A stretch of 64,000 nt of DNA from Octopus vulgaris. Taxonomy: Eukaryota. The position numbers were made by a program, and so were the translations under genes. Within the stretch, counting starts at the first letter, position 1; every line of letters starts with the position of its first letter. Location: positions 24,552,001-24,616,000 of the forward strand of contig OX597814.1 in NCBI GenBank assembly GCA_951406725.2. Direction: 5' to 3'. Shown piece by piece: positions 1 through 11,961 of the stretch. Under the pieces are notes generated by a model, which did no database searches, was not told the origin of the DNA, and saw nothing but the letters and a program-made list of their open reading frames with translations.

Positions 1-44
1 TTGAGATCTTTTTGCGGAGGGGTAAAAATGGTAACAAAAACAGG

Positions 45-190
45 ACAGTGTGTCTATGTTTTCGTTTCTCATTGTGTTCGGCGTTTTTTTGGTGTCCTGT
101 ACCCATATATGCATGTATATATACATGTAGAGGTAGGTACGTACATATAAGTATATATGCATATGTTTTATTTATTAATTCATTATATGA
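45..190. repeat. Dispersed repeat, second copy at about 10995-11130
   Basis: The block TATGTTTTCGTTTCTCATTGTGTTCG..GGTGTCCTGTACCCATATATGCATGTATATATACATGTAGAGGTAGGTA is nearly identical at both positions. Confidence 0.85.
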
Positions 191-279
191 CGGAACGCAC
201 ACATCCATTTCTAAGTAAGATTGTTCTTGATATGCATATATATATATATATATATATACATACACACACATACATACAT

Positions 280-428
280 GTGTGGTAAGTAGCTTGCTTA
301 CCAACTACATGGTTTCAGGTTCAGCCCCACAGCATGACATCTTGGGCAAGTGTCGTCTACTATAGCATTGGGCTAACCAAAGTCTTGCGAGTGGATTTGG
401 TAGATAGAAACTGAAAGAAGCCTGTCAG
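280..428 (+). mobile_element. Partial tRNA-derived SINE (family A), head and core
   Basis: Matches the 5' part of the fuller copy at 55885-56298 (GTGGTAAGTAGCTTG..GGTTCAG..CTTGGGCAAGTGTC..GTGGATTTGGTAGA..GAAAGAAGCCTGTC). Confidence 0.85.
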
Positions 429-444
429 ATATATATTTATGTGG

Positions 445-1170
445 AGAGTTGTGTGTTAAAAATTAAGGAGGATTAAAGAAGACAAGATAGAGTGTTGTTA
501 AAATTGATGGTAAATTTGTTGTTAATGCACAGAAAAATGAGTGGGTAACATAACCAAATATTGTGATATGCTGGAGCTGATAGAGTGCAGCTTGGAGACA
601 GCCCCTATGAGATAATACTTCAATTGAGTAGTCTGATAAGGGACTACTGTTCCAGGAAATGTACAGACTGAGGTAGCCTGTGGGTAACACAGCTGAGAGA
701 CTTTCATTTTAGATATGATTAAAGGCTTTGAGGACATCAAAAAATATAATGGAAACGAAATTGCTCTTGTTGATATTTTAAAGAAGACCAGTATTATGTA
801 ATGTAAAAGAGTACATCTCTCATAACTCTGTCTCAACAGAACAATAGGGAGAGAGAAATAGACTTAAGGTGAGAAGGCAGTATTTTATGATTGTTTCTAT
901 TACTTTAAGATATTAGAAGCAAGAGCAATAAAGTGATCAGAAGCAGGGAGGTAACCATTCTTGAGATAGATTTGTATAGATTCCTGCAGAACATTTAAGA
1001 TTGATGAGTTTAACAAGGATAGGAGCTTGTTGTTGGGTAAGAATGGGATAGTTTTACATCTGGCAACTGTGTTTACTTACAGATAAGTTGAAGAAAAGTT
1101 TGGTAGAATGTTGATAAGTTAAGTTCCAAGCAAGAAATTAGATGGTATTTTCAGTGGGGCCCCTTAGTTA
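445..1170 (-). mobile_element. Decayed non-LTR retrotransposon RT fragment (CR1/L2/Jockey-like)
   Basis: The minus strand gives SVETEL*EMYSF...SIIFFDVLKAFNHI...YISWNSSPLSDYSIEV. This resembles the LINE RT motifs STxxxL / xxxxDxxKAFDxV / WixsfLs.R..V, with stops and frameshifts. Confidence 0.6.
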
Positions 1171-1647
1171 TAGACCTCGAGCTATGAAAGTCAAAGCTAA
1201 TTCCTACAGAATTTGTTTCAGAATAGTCAGAAAGAAAACAGTTAGCTTATAGTTAAATCATACAACTTTATGCCATAGCACAATAAGAATTACCTAATAT
1301 TAAGTTTCATAACTTGTCCACTTTACATTATTTAAAAGGCATTATTAATAAGTAGAACTGTATTCATCTGCAATGTATCTCAAATAATATAGCTACTTTC
1401 TCAACATGTCAAATAAATGCTGCACTAAATCTATTCAGATTACAGGTGAGATAACCATTACAATTTATTTCAGTATGGTAGCCATAATCATTAGGAATAA
1501 AGCAAATAGTGTTAACTACTACTTTGTGAAAGAGAACTAAGCACCATAAACACTATGGTTAACTAGAACAGGCAGATGGTACATTTAGAAAAATCTAATG
1601 CATCGGTATTATATTCAAAGTATTGGTTATACCCATAAATAATTTGA

Positions 1648-1800
1648 ATTTGATAGTCATAAACCTCTCAATCAATTCAGGTGATTACTATAAACATCGC
1701 AATAAATGAAATGGCTTCTATAAATGTCACAATAAGCTAAGATGCGCAGGTTAAGCATCAGGAATTTGTTTCAAATAATGGATCTCGACTAAATAGATTA
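1648..1800 (+). repeat. 153-bp segment duplicated exactly at 5335-5487
   Basis: Base-by-base identity from ATTTGATAGTCATAAACC to CTAAATAGATTA. Confidence 0.95.
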
Positions 1801-2199
1801 GTACTCAGCTATTGAGGTGGTGTCCATTCCATTAGCATTATGCATGCAGTGTACTAAAATTGTCTGTATAGTTCTACTCAATAAAAGAAGCACATATATT
1901 GTATAACTGCATAGTGTTATAAAATTTGTGAAATAACAATGTGTGTGTCAGGAGGAGAGGTGAGGTCTAACATTTCAGGCACTAGTCTTCTTAAAGAATA
2001 TGTAGTATGTGTGCGCATGACAAATACAAATGTTCTGTAAATATCCTTGGAAAAGACAAATGTACTGTCACTTTTCATATGACATCATACATATGTATGT
2101 ATGTATGTATGTATGTTTGTAGTTATGTATGTGTGTGTGCGTGTGTATGTATGTGTGTATGTACATACATATATTTATAAATACACACACACACATATA

Positions 2200-2845
2200 C
2201 AAGGCACAGACAGTATTTGAGGACATGTATTGTTAGTCATCATTTTATTTCACTAATTTTTATTGAACTTCTGTTTCAAAAAATAACAATGACAGGTCCT
2301 ATGCTTACTAATGAAATGAAAAGGCATGCTGTGATTGTGGCTTTGAAGGTTCTGGATAAAGTTGTTAAGCTTTAGACCAAGACTGTATGCGATGGAAGGC
2401 CTTATGTCTTTCAACAAGATTCTGCACCTCCACACAAAGCTCAAATGACACAAGAATGAATGGCTGACGTTTTGCATGATTACATCACCCCCAACATTTG
2501 GCCCCCTAATTCACCAGATCTCAATCCACTGGACTACTATGTATGGGGCATCGTTGAGAAAAATATCAATGAACACCACCATTGCTCCAAAGATTCTTTG
2601 AAAGCTGTCATAGTTGGAGTCATGTTCGATATGAACAAGGATCACTTTATCCATGCTTGCAAACAATTTTGGCCCTACATAGAGGCAGTTATTGCTACTT
2701 TTGTTGGTTTTATTGAATGAAATTATTAAAATTACAATGTAGCTATATGTTTATGTTATTTTTATAAAAATATATTTTTTTTTTGTTATGATATAAGCAT
2801 TTTTTTAAAATCATAAATCTATCCTCAGATACTGTCCGCACCCTA
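2200..2845 (+). mobile_element. Internally deleted mariner-like transposon, DD37D (maT) class
   Basis: Reads GRPYVFQQDSAPPHKAQMTQE*MADVLHDYITPNIWPPNSPDLNPLDYYVWG, with 37 residues between the 2nd and 3rd catalytic Asp. Imperfect TIRs CAAGGCACAGACAGTATTTGAGGA (2200) and TCCTCAGATACTGTCCGCACCCT (about 2822-2844), TA on the left flank. Confidence 0.85.
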
Positions 2846-4203
2846 TGTACCTCAAGGTTTCATATCTGTTTAAGAAATTAATATAGAAATATTTAAGGTT
2901 TTATACATATATAAATTATAACCATTTAAGCAGTTTTTGCTACTTTTTAGTTTCTAAGTTTAAATATTTCAACCACAGCAAAAAAAGAATTAAAATTAAC
3001 GAAATTAAAATTCTAATAGCTTTTTTTAATTGATGTTAATTACTTTATCATTTTATATGATTCATTTCTACATTTTCTTATGTTAAATCAATAGCTATTG
3101 TGTCAATGTTTAGCCAAATCTTGTGTTATCATTTTTAACACCTTCCCAAGCATGGCTGCATGACTAAGTTTTATTCACAGTTTGGTTGCAATTTTCCTGT
3201 ATGGCTCTTTGGAGAATTACCTTCTATCATAATCTTGTGTCAATCAAAGTCAGGTACAAGAAATACACAGGGGAAAGAGAACTTGAGCATCTGAACTTTA
3301 TTTGTTTTTTAGTCACTGTTTTAATCCTTCATCCAGTCATAAGTGTGGTAATGAAACTTGCTTAGGGGGTGCAAACCCAATTTCTCAAGAGGATGTTCAA
3401 AATATTTCCAATACCCCAACCCACAGAAGAAATTAGGGTTTGTGCCTGCATTCCCTGCACTCCTTGTTCCTAAGCCTACATGCCCAATTTAACATCGCCA
3501 CTTAGCCCCTATGTGCCTTTACTGAAAACCATGTTCTATAAGCATTTAGACATGGTCTATAATTTGAGGAAGCTTGCAACTATCTTTCCTTCTGCCCTTC
3601 TCTTTTTCCCCACACCTGTCCTAGAGGACCTGCTAAAGATTATAGGTTTTGGCCTTTCTACTTGGAGTAATTCATTAAAACATTATAACCATTATGTAGC
3701 TTTTCACCTCATATGTAATTGCTATAGGTATTTGTTAAATATAAATATTTTTTTCATTTCAAACCATTTGGAGTTTGGAAAGTTTTTTGTAATATGATGA
3801 AACTAATCAAGACTCTCAATCACTAATCAATGAAAAGAATTTGGGTGATAGTCAAAAGATGCTAGTCTTTTACAACCTTTTGTATAGGATGAGATGATTG
3901 TATACAAGTAATCCAAACCTATCATTGACACAACTCTTATGCTTCTTATGCAACAGTGATGTATGCTTTCTCAAATGCCTATTTGCTGCTAGATGGACTT
4001 AAGCATAAACAGTTAAGTAGGTTTGCAACGGACACAACAAAATGGATATAAGGAGGAAACAAGTGATATGCTATCTAGTTGGATGATATAATGATTTAGC
4101 CTTCTCAGAATAACAAATAAGCATTTGATACTGGAAAAAAATATTTTGAATCACCATCACACACACACATACGCACACGCGCGCACACATACCATTGGTG
4201 CAG

Positions 4204-4471
4204 CTTGCTCGTGAAATTAACGTGCAAATGGCTGAGCATTCCACAGACACGTGTACCCTTAACGTAGTTCTCGGGGATAATCAGCATGACACAGAGAGTG
4301 ACAAGGCTGACCCTTTGAAATACAAGTACAACTCATTTTTGCCAGCTGAGTGGACTGGAGCAACGTGAAATAAAGTGTCTTGCTCAAGGACACAACGTGT
4401 CGCCGGGAATCGAACTCACAACCTTACGATCATGAGCCGAATGCCCTAACCACTAAGCCACGCGCCCTCAC
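4204..4471 (-). mobile_element. tRNA-derived SINE (family B), 3'-truncated
   Basis: Reverse complement is nearly identical to 41821-42085, with A-box TGGCTTAGTGG, B-box GAGTTCGATTCC and a CORE-like GTGTCCTTGAGCAAGACACTT. Confidence 0.9.
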
Positions 4472-4510
4472 TGCACACACACATACGCACACGCGCACAA
4501 ACATACCATT

Positions 4511-4670
4511 GGTGCAGGTTTGACTGTGTGGTAAGAAGTTTGTTTCCCAATCACATGGTATTGAGTTCAGTCTCACTGTGTGGAACTTTGAGCAAGTGAC
4601 TTCCACTATTGCCCTGGGCCAGCAAAAACCTTGAGAATGTATTTAGTAGATGGAATAATAGAAAAATTCC
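4511..4670 (+). mobile_element. Decayed family A-like SINE head
   Basis: GGTGCAGG..CTGTGTGGTAAGAAGTTTG..GAGTTCAGTCTCACTG..TTGAGCAAGTG matches the family A head. Confidence 0.7.
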
Positions 4671-5059
4671 ATAAGCAAACCCCTAACTTTTCTTCCTTTT
4701 TCTTAACATCTTCCATTCACTCATTCTTTCTCTAACTTCATTTTCTTATTGTACTTATTATGAACATGTCTAATTACTTCCTTCGTGCACTTTTTCTGTC
4801 TTTCACCATGATTTCTCCTGCCTATCTCTCCCTCTGTTGTCCCCAAAACTCAAGGATGACTTATTCATGATGCATCCATCCTTACTTACCCCAACCACCT
4901 ATATCAAAAGTCTTTTCTTTCCTCACTTCCCTCTGGGTGTCAGTAACAAGCCTGTTCCCACATCTTACCTCTATGACTTCCACTTGTCCCATATAATGCC
5001 ATGCTTGAATAGAAGACCCATCAAGCCAAAGGAAATCATAGCCATGGCAACTACTGGGG

Positions 5060-5268
5060 TCATACAACTGGCATCCATGCCAGTGGCATGTAAAAGCACC
5101 CATTACACTCTCAGAGTAGTTGGTGGTAGAAAGGGCATCCAATCATGAAAACCATACCAAATCCATCTGGAGTCTGTTCCAGCCCCTCAGCATACCAGCT
5201 CTTGTCAAACTGTTCAACCCATGCCAGCATGAAAAATGGACGTTAAATGATGATGATGATGATGATGG
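5060..5268 (+). mobile_element. Family D-like element 3' part with (GAT)n tail
   Basis: GTGGCATGTAAAAGCACC..AAGGGCATCCA..AACCCATGCCAGCATGAAAAATGGACGTTAAATGATGATGAT, shared with copies at 12.4, 16.5, 22.2, 40.2 and 58.7 kb. Confidence 0.8.
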
Positions 5269-5274
5269 TGTGTG

Positions 5275-5676
5275 TATAGGTGTTACTGTCTCCTTAACCT
5301 TCACAGCACATGATAGTTGTAAACAAATCTTACCATTTGATAGTCATAAACCTCTCAATCAATTCAGGTGATTACTATAAACATCGCAATAAATGAAATG
5401 GCTTCTATAAATGTCACAATAAGCTAAGATGCGCAGGTTAAGCATCAGGAATTTGTTTCAAATAATGGATCTCGACTAAATAGATTAATACAACAGGTGG
5501 CTATCATTTCCAATCTTCTGTGGAAACATATCTGGCTATTGAGAAAATATTCTGGAAAAAGGTGAGGGTTTGTGACAGAAAGAACATCTGGTTATAGAAA
5601 ATCCACCTCAACAACATTTCGTCTAATCCATGAATGCATAGAAAAGAGGACTTGAAGAAGATGATGATGATGATGC
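5275..5676 (+). mobile_element. Decayed (GAT)n-tailed SINE body carrying a 153-bp foreign insert
   Basis: Ends in CCATGAATGCATAGAAAAGAGGAC..GATGATGATG, a degenerate version of the family D-type tail. It is interrupted at 5335-5487 by the copy of 1648-1800. Confidence 0.55.
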
Positions 5677-6321
5677 ATAGATATTCACAAATAATTTTAG
5701 ATCGTATTCCATTCTTTGGAAGTAGATATTTTTTTAGAGATACCAATTTACTTCACAGCTTGTATGATCTGAGAAAAAATGCAATATTTCAATTTCTTTG
5801 CAGTGTTTACAAACATTTCCTCATGCAAACCAATATTAAATGAATATTTCAATTTTAGATGTTTTCATTTATCTAAATGAGCAGTTCGTCCATTTTTTTG
5901 CATGAGGAATTAAAACTTGTGAAAATTTTTTCATTTCTAATTTTCCTCACAATTATTCATTATTAGCAAATGAATCAACCTATATTGCTTAGACATTTAA
6001 TATCATTAAATATTTAACATTTATTGCTAGTGTCATATCACATAGACAACTTGTTTCACTACTTTGTATGACTTTAACAGTTAAATCATTAAACACATTT
6101 TCTTAGCCAATTGTCTCTCATTTCTTCCACTTCCTGTTCCTCCTCTTCCTGCTCCTATTCCTCCTCCTCCTAATCATCACCATCATCATCATTTAACACC
6201 TGATTTTCATGCTGGCATGAGTTGTCTTTATTTTGAATCAGAAAGAAAGGGAGAGTGAGAGAAAGAGATAGAAAGACAGAGAAAGAGAGAAAAATATGAC
6301 TTAGTCTCACATAGTTTTAGA

Positions 6322-7895
6322 TACAAAAGACACAATTTTAAATGTACCAATTCATTTACAATTTCTGCCAAGGTGGAGACAATTAGCTCATGTTCAAACA
6401 CAAAACGTGTTTGACTGTGAAATATGTTTCAATTTCATTATATCAGAGATAAATTTTGATAAATCTGATTAAGTCAATTTCTTGGATGCACTTTGACCAC
6501 AGTCTACGGGTCGTTGTCATGTGTTTTAGTAGTGGGCAGATGCAGCACATTGAGATTATAGGGTGTGACATGTTCATCCCGTGTATGTCCTCCCTGGGTG
6601 TTCAAAATGGCCATACACCATCTGTACATGGAGTGCATGAGGCAGTTCACAAAAGCCATTGGCACCTGTGCCCACACCCTGAGGGAAGCTGCCTCCAGTT
6701 CCACATGAATTGTCGGCCTTGGGACCACCTGGTTCAGCTGTCTCTAGATATCATCCTGCAGGTGTTCAATTGGGTTCAAATCCGAGCTGAGAGCCAGCCA
6801 CAGCATGGTGTTGTGCTGACGCAGGAAGTCCATGGTGACCCTGGCTGTGTGGGAAGGAGCATTGTCCTGCTGGAACACGTGGCTATGGTGATGTCTGAAA
6901 ATGGGCATGGTGTGAGGTCTTAGGATCTGATCAATGTAGTGCTGTGCTTTGATACCATTACCTCTGCCTGCACCAACATTTTGGAACACATGGGGTCCAT
7001 TTCTCTGTTTCAGGCCCATAACACCCCAAGCCATGATGCTTTGGCCACCCCACACATCTCTCTCAATGACACATGCATCTCTGTAGCGTTCACTCCTCCT
7101 ACACCACACTCTCACTCTGCCATCTGAGGTGGAAACACAATAACAGCTCTCATCAAAGAAGACTATTGACCTCCATTGTTGATGCCATCAATGTCGGTGC
7201 TGTGTAGCCCACTGTAGTAATGCCAGATGGTTTTGGGTAGTGAGCACAGTCCCTTGAGCAGGACGATGGCAATGTAAGTTGTTGGCGGCCAGTCGATGTC
7301 GTACCATGTCGTTGTCACTGATGGGTTGCTGTCCAGTGCCAATGGTCTCATAAGCTGTTATGCTGGCTAGTCTGAAGTGATCACGGAGATGTTGCAGGTG
7401 GATGAAGTGGTCCTGGATGGGTGTGGTCACCCAGGAGGTGCCCTCTGCAGGCATGGTCTGCATTGCTGTTGGTGTTGTTGTATCACTGTTGCAGTTGATA
7501 GATGGTACTGATATGGGCATTGTAAGCTTTCACAACATCCAGGGCAGACTGTCCTGCTTTCAATCAGTTGATAGCTCATTCTCTCTGCACTGCTGACAGT
7601 CAGGCCATACCTGATGCGTCCAAATTACGAATGCCAGGAACACGGTTCAAGTTGATTTTTATACCCATAACTTCCACGAGATTCACATGTATTTTGGTTT
7701 CCATGACAATTGTTTGCGACTGTCACCCATGGCATTCAACAGAGCTGCATTTTGGCATCTCATTTCAGGGAATGTTGAAAGGTTACCTGCAATTTGGGTC
7801 CCAGCATGTTTCCGAATATTTTCTATGGTAAATTTTCAGAATTTACCATATAAAAATGACATTTTAAAAAATCGCGTTTCTTTTGCAGTTCAGCG
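6322..7895 (-). mobile_element. Decayed near full-length Tc1-family DNA transposon (transposase pseudogene)
   Basis: ATG at 7608 (MA*LSAVQRE*AIN*LKAGQS), then VTTPIQDHFI, IVFFDESC, MRVWCRRSERY..WGGQSIMAWG and VFQQDNAPSHTAR..SSDLNPIEHL (DD34E-like, 2 aa short). Terminus CGCTGAACTGCAAAAGAAACGCG next to TA at 7895; degenerate partner TIR near 6322-6345. Confidence 0.9.
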
Positions 7896-8369
7896 TATTT
7901 TAGAAATTTTCTACAATTACACTGTTTGCTTTGGCATCAGTCAGTTCGTGTGTGTGTGTGTGTGTAAGTGTGTGTGAAAATATTAAATATTTAATGCTTA
8001 AACAATATAACATCTTCAGTAATCCTTAATCATTTTGAGGGGATAAAAAAGAAGCAAAATGATTTTCATAGGATTTTCCCTCTTGGCATAGAAAGAAAAA
8101 AAATATGGATGAATTCATAAACTGCTTATAAAGAGAAATATAAAAATGTCAGCCATTGCAGTGAGAAACTTTCATTTATACAATGATGGTCATGGCTTAA
8201 TTCACAGACTTTGGTCTAGAAACAACACAAGAGAGCTACATTTGTGTGTACGTGCTGTGTTCATACATGAGTAGTGTTTTGTGTTTATGTGAATGTGTGT
8301 GTATATGTTCCATAGAGGTGAGTTATCATCATTCTTATCATCATCATCATAATCATCATCGTCATAACA

Positions 8370-8560
8370 ATGATCATCACCATTTATCATCCATGTTCCA
8401 TGCTGGCGTGGGTTAGATGGTTTGACTGGTTGTGATGGGTCCAAAGATTGCATCATAATCCACTGTTCATTATGGCAAGGTTTCTATGACTGAATCCTCT
8501 TCATAAGCCCAATTCCTTTACAGTAATTACTAGGTGCTTTTTTTGTGTATGTGCATACCA
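8370..8560 (-). mobile_element. Decayed family D-like element
   Basis: CATCCATGTTCCATGCTGGCGTGGGTTAGATGG..AGGTTTCTATG is a diverged reverse complement of the family D tail. Confidence 0.6.
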
Positions 8561-9364
8561 TTGACATTACTGAGATCATCATGCCGTTCACATAACTAGG
8601 AAACCTAAGAGAAGGAGTTGGCTTTACACTAGAAGATGAGAACTTACTTGTCTATTTGGAATGCACATATATATACAATGTATGAATGACAATAAAAAGA
8701 AAAAGTTCATGTTAGTAAAAGGTATAATGCACTTGTATATTAGCAAACTAATGAGTGAGAGACCTCCAGTATGGTCAAGTAATCTGCTAGGATTATGGAC
8801 CAAATTTCTCTCAAATCAAACATCAAAAGAAAAGAAGTGTATCTTAAATAAAATGGTCATGGAACATCATTCTTTGAATATAAGATGTGATTGTCATACC
8901 TGGAATAGCTTTGATGATAGGCCTGCTCAATCAAGGCTGAGCTAAAGCTTATAAAATGGTAACAAAAAACAATAACCAAGCACACATAATCAAAGCCCTG
9001 TGTTTTATCTAGAGCAACATCACATAGTTCATGTTTCTGAAATTATATCTATAATCCTGAGATTTCTTCCCTATATTTTCAAATTTTCTGAAATTCTATT
9101 TGATTCCTACATATGAACAGGCATATCTGTGTGATTAAAAAGTACACTTTGTAAATGCATTCCTTATACTGTACAAAATTTATTGTTTCTTCTTCCTTGG
9201 GTTCACTAATGCTTTGAAGGTGAAATTTGACATATGGAACCTGTACAGAGAGCCATCTTATCACTGTTTTGTGTACATGTATCTATAAATAAGTGTGAAT
9301 GTGTGAGGGTGTATATTTTTTTTCTTGTCTAAACAGTATGTTAAGTTTCATTTCTTGTTTCTTT

Positions 9365-9588
9365 AATGCCCACTAGGGGTTAAACATAGAGGGGACAAAC
9401 ACAGATAGACAAATGGATTAAGTCGATTATGTCAACCCCAGTGTGTAACTGGTACTTAATTTATCGTCCCCAAAAGGATGAAAGATAAAGTCGACCTCGG
9501 TGGAATTTGAACTCAGAATGTAACGGCAGACAAAATACCGATAAGGATTTTGCCTGTCGTGCTAACGTTTCTGCCAGCTGGCCGCCTT
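9365..9588 (-). mobile_element. SINE family C
   Basis: Reverse complement of GCTGGCAGAAACGTTAGCACG..CTGAGTTCAAATTCC..GGTCGACTTT..CCTTT..GATAAATTAAGTACCAG, as at 49345, 49982 and 56489. The central block resembles the Nin/Deu-type SINE domain. Confidence 0.85.
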
Positions 9589-10911
9589 TTAATTTCTAAA
9601 TGTGATGGTAGGTGAATTAGCAAATTGATGAATGATGATTAATAAAATAAGTAATGGGGTTGATAAACTTGATTAAAACCTTTGAAGGTGACACTCCAGC
9701 ATGACCACAATCCACTGAATGAAACAAAACCTGAAAAAAATAAAAGAATAGTGATTCAGTGTTTTACAGATATACAACTATGTTTACTCACATAATTCTG
9801 TTTTTGTTCTTATATTTCTCAACAAAACTGTGGAACTGCTTTGTTCAGTTCTAGTGCACTTAATACCATTCATACATAACCTATCTGGTAACTTTTCTAA
9901 ACTTTCATGAATTTTGTTCTCACAACTACAGTGGCTTTCACTTTCTTCAAACAGGTGTTATTTCATTTAATTTTACATTAGCACTGGCAGTTAGATGTGA
10001 AAAGAAATTGCTCCCCTGTGACATTTCTTCCAGAGAATCTATTCAAGGTGTCTGAATTTCCTCATAGATTTCAAATGTTCTTGTGTGATTGTCATGATTT
10101 ATTCAATAACTTTCTAGATTACAGCCTTCCATTCTTCTGAAGCAATTTTCTAGTCATATCACTGGGGTATCTGATTGCATGCTATAGGTTGGTTTGTTTC
10201 TTGATTCACAATATGTGCATTCTCCAAATAAGCATAAGGAAAACTGGATATTAAGAAAGAGAAGAATGTTGTTGTTGTTGGCATTGCCATTTATCTCCAG
10301 GTCAACTCTGATCAAGCAGATCTATTATCAAAGGTATTCCAGACATAATCATCACGTATTAGAAAGATACCTAGTTATATATTATCTAATGTGTCCTTTC
10401 CTTATTTAAGATATGCATTGGAAGAGTTTGAGTACTATTTCTAGCAGGTCAAACAATAACATAGATGTTCCCTAGTTGGTTTGTGAAGAAGAAGTTTTGG
10501 TGGTGGTGCGGATGATAAGGCCAATGGTGACGATGATGACAACAACGATGACGATGATGGTGATAGTAATAATTTTGATCTTAATGGCTTTATTGTACCA
10601 ACATTTTACTTGTTATAAAATTATGCTGTAATTTTAGCTGTATGGAAGTCACAGTTTGATTTTATTAATTAAAGGAGAGGGACCAACCCATGATTTACAA
10701 ACTGAGCTTCAAGACTTTTGATATTGATGCAGTTCAAGTTTTCTCTTTGAATATCTGCAAATCAACACCCATTGAGAAAATGTGTGTGCTGAATTCCTGA
10801 GGGTTGTTGCTTTGGTGAGTTATATTTGAGAAATTTGTTTACTATAATCCAACCCAATAAAAATGGGAAGAGAAATTATATATGCATGAATACAAACACA
10901 CATACACACAT

Positions 10912-11130
10912 GGCCTTCGAAACGTGGAGTAGATGAAACAAAGACGACTGAAGAAGGGGAATTTTCCTTGTTTTGTATGTCCTGTACTCTATTTTGTGTT
11001 TATGTTTTCGTTTCTCATTGTGTTCGACATTTTTTTGGTGTCCTGTACCCATATATGCATGTATATATACATGTAGAGGTAGGTATGTACATATATGTAT
11101 GTATATATGCATGTTTTATTTATTTATTAA
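10912..11130. repeat. Dispersed repeat (copy of 45-190) with a Penelope-like terminal motif
   Basis: Shares its block with the window start. Begins CCTTCGAAACGTGGAGTAG..GACGACTGAAGAAGGGG. Confidence 0.7.
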
Positions 11131-11169
11131 TTTATTATATATGTATATATCTGTATGTGTGTGTGTGTG

Positions 11170-11390
11170 TCTTTCTGTCTATGTTTGTCCCACATCACTG
11201 CTTGACAACTGGTATTGGTGTGTTTATATTCCTGTAACCTAGTGGTTTGGCAAAAAGAGACCAATAGAATAAATACTAGGCTTAAAGAAAGAAAAGAAGT
11301 CTTGAGATCGATTTGTTCAACTAAAACCCTTCAAGGCATTGCTGCAGCATGACCACAGTAAAATGACTGTAACAAGTAAAAGGATAAAAC
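11170..11390 (+). mobile_element. 3' half of a family A-like SINE
   Basis: GCTTGACAACTGG..GGCAAAAAGAGACCAATAGAATAA..AATGACTGTAACAAGTAAAAGG matches the family A 3' half. Confidence 0.75.
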
Positions 11391-11961
11391 ACATACACAC
11401 ATATATATATATATCATACTATTGCCTAAACTATTGGCTATTGTTATACACTGCTGTCACTATACACTTCCCATTGTTTTAACCTTCGAATGATTTCATT
11501 CTTATTAGTTAGGCAGGCAGACAGGCAGGCCAGCATTGTCACTGAACATTTATGAGCAATATAAAAGGAAGTGTTTTGCTCAAGGACACACTGCACCACT
11601 GGTATGGGAACTGAAACCACAATCTCGCAATCATGAAAGAAATGCCCTAACTATTTGTTCACATGCCTTCACACATACATACACAATTCAATTTATCTTA
11701 TGGAAAGCAGGTATTAAATTATGATGATGGTGACTGCATATCCCTATTCTGCAAAAATCTGCTCAATGTAATATCAGTATACCAGTTACTATTTGTAATC
11801 AAGTTTAATGTGTCTGAGCCCTATGTTTATATTCTCTGTGGATCAATTTAACCTTATACATTATATTAAAGGTAAAATAGACTAAAACATATAGATAATT
11901 GAAGAATGTATAGCTATCTTAATGTTATTTTGCACAAATGGACCTTATATTAAATATGTAT

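Noticed and set aside
6456-6923. 155-aa ORF as a host gene
   Set aside because: It is the antisense frame of the decayed Tc1 transposase.
9079-9264. Minus-strand exon after TACAG
   Set aside because: Weak polypyrimidine tract, unrecognisable peptide and no supporting neighbouring exons.
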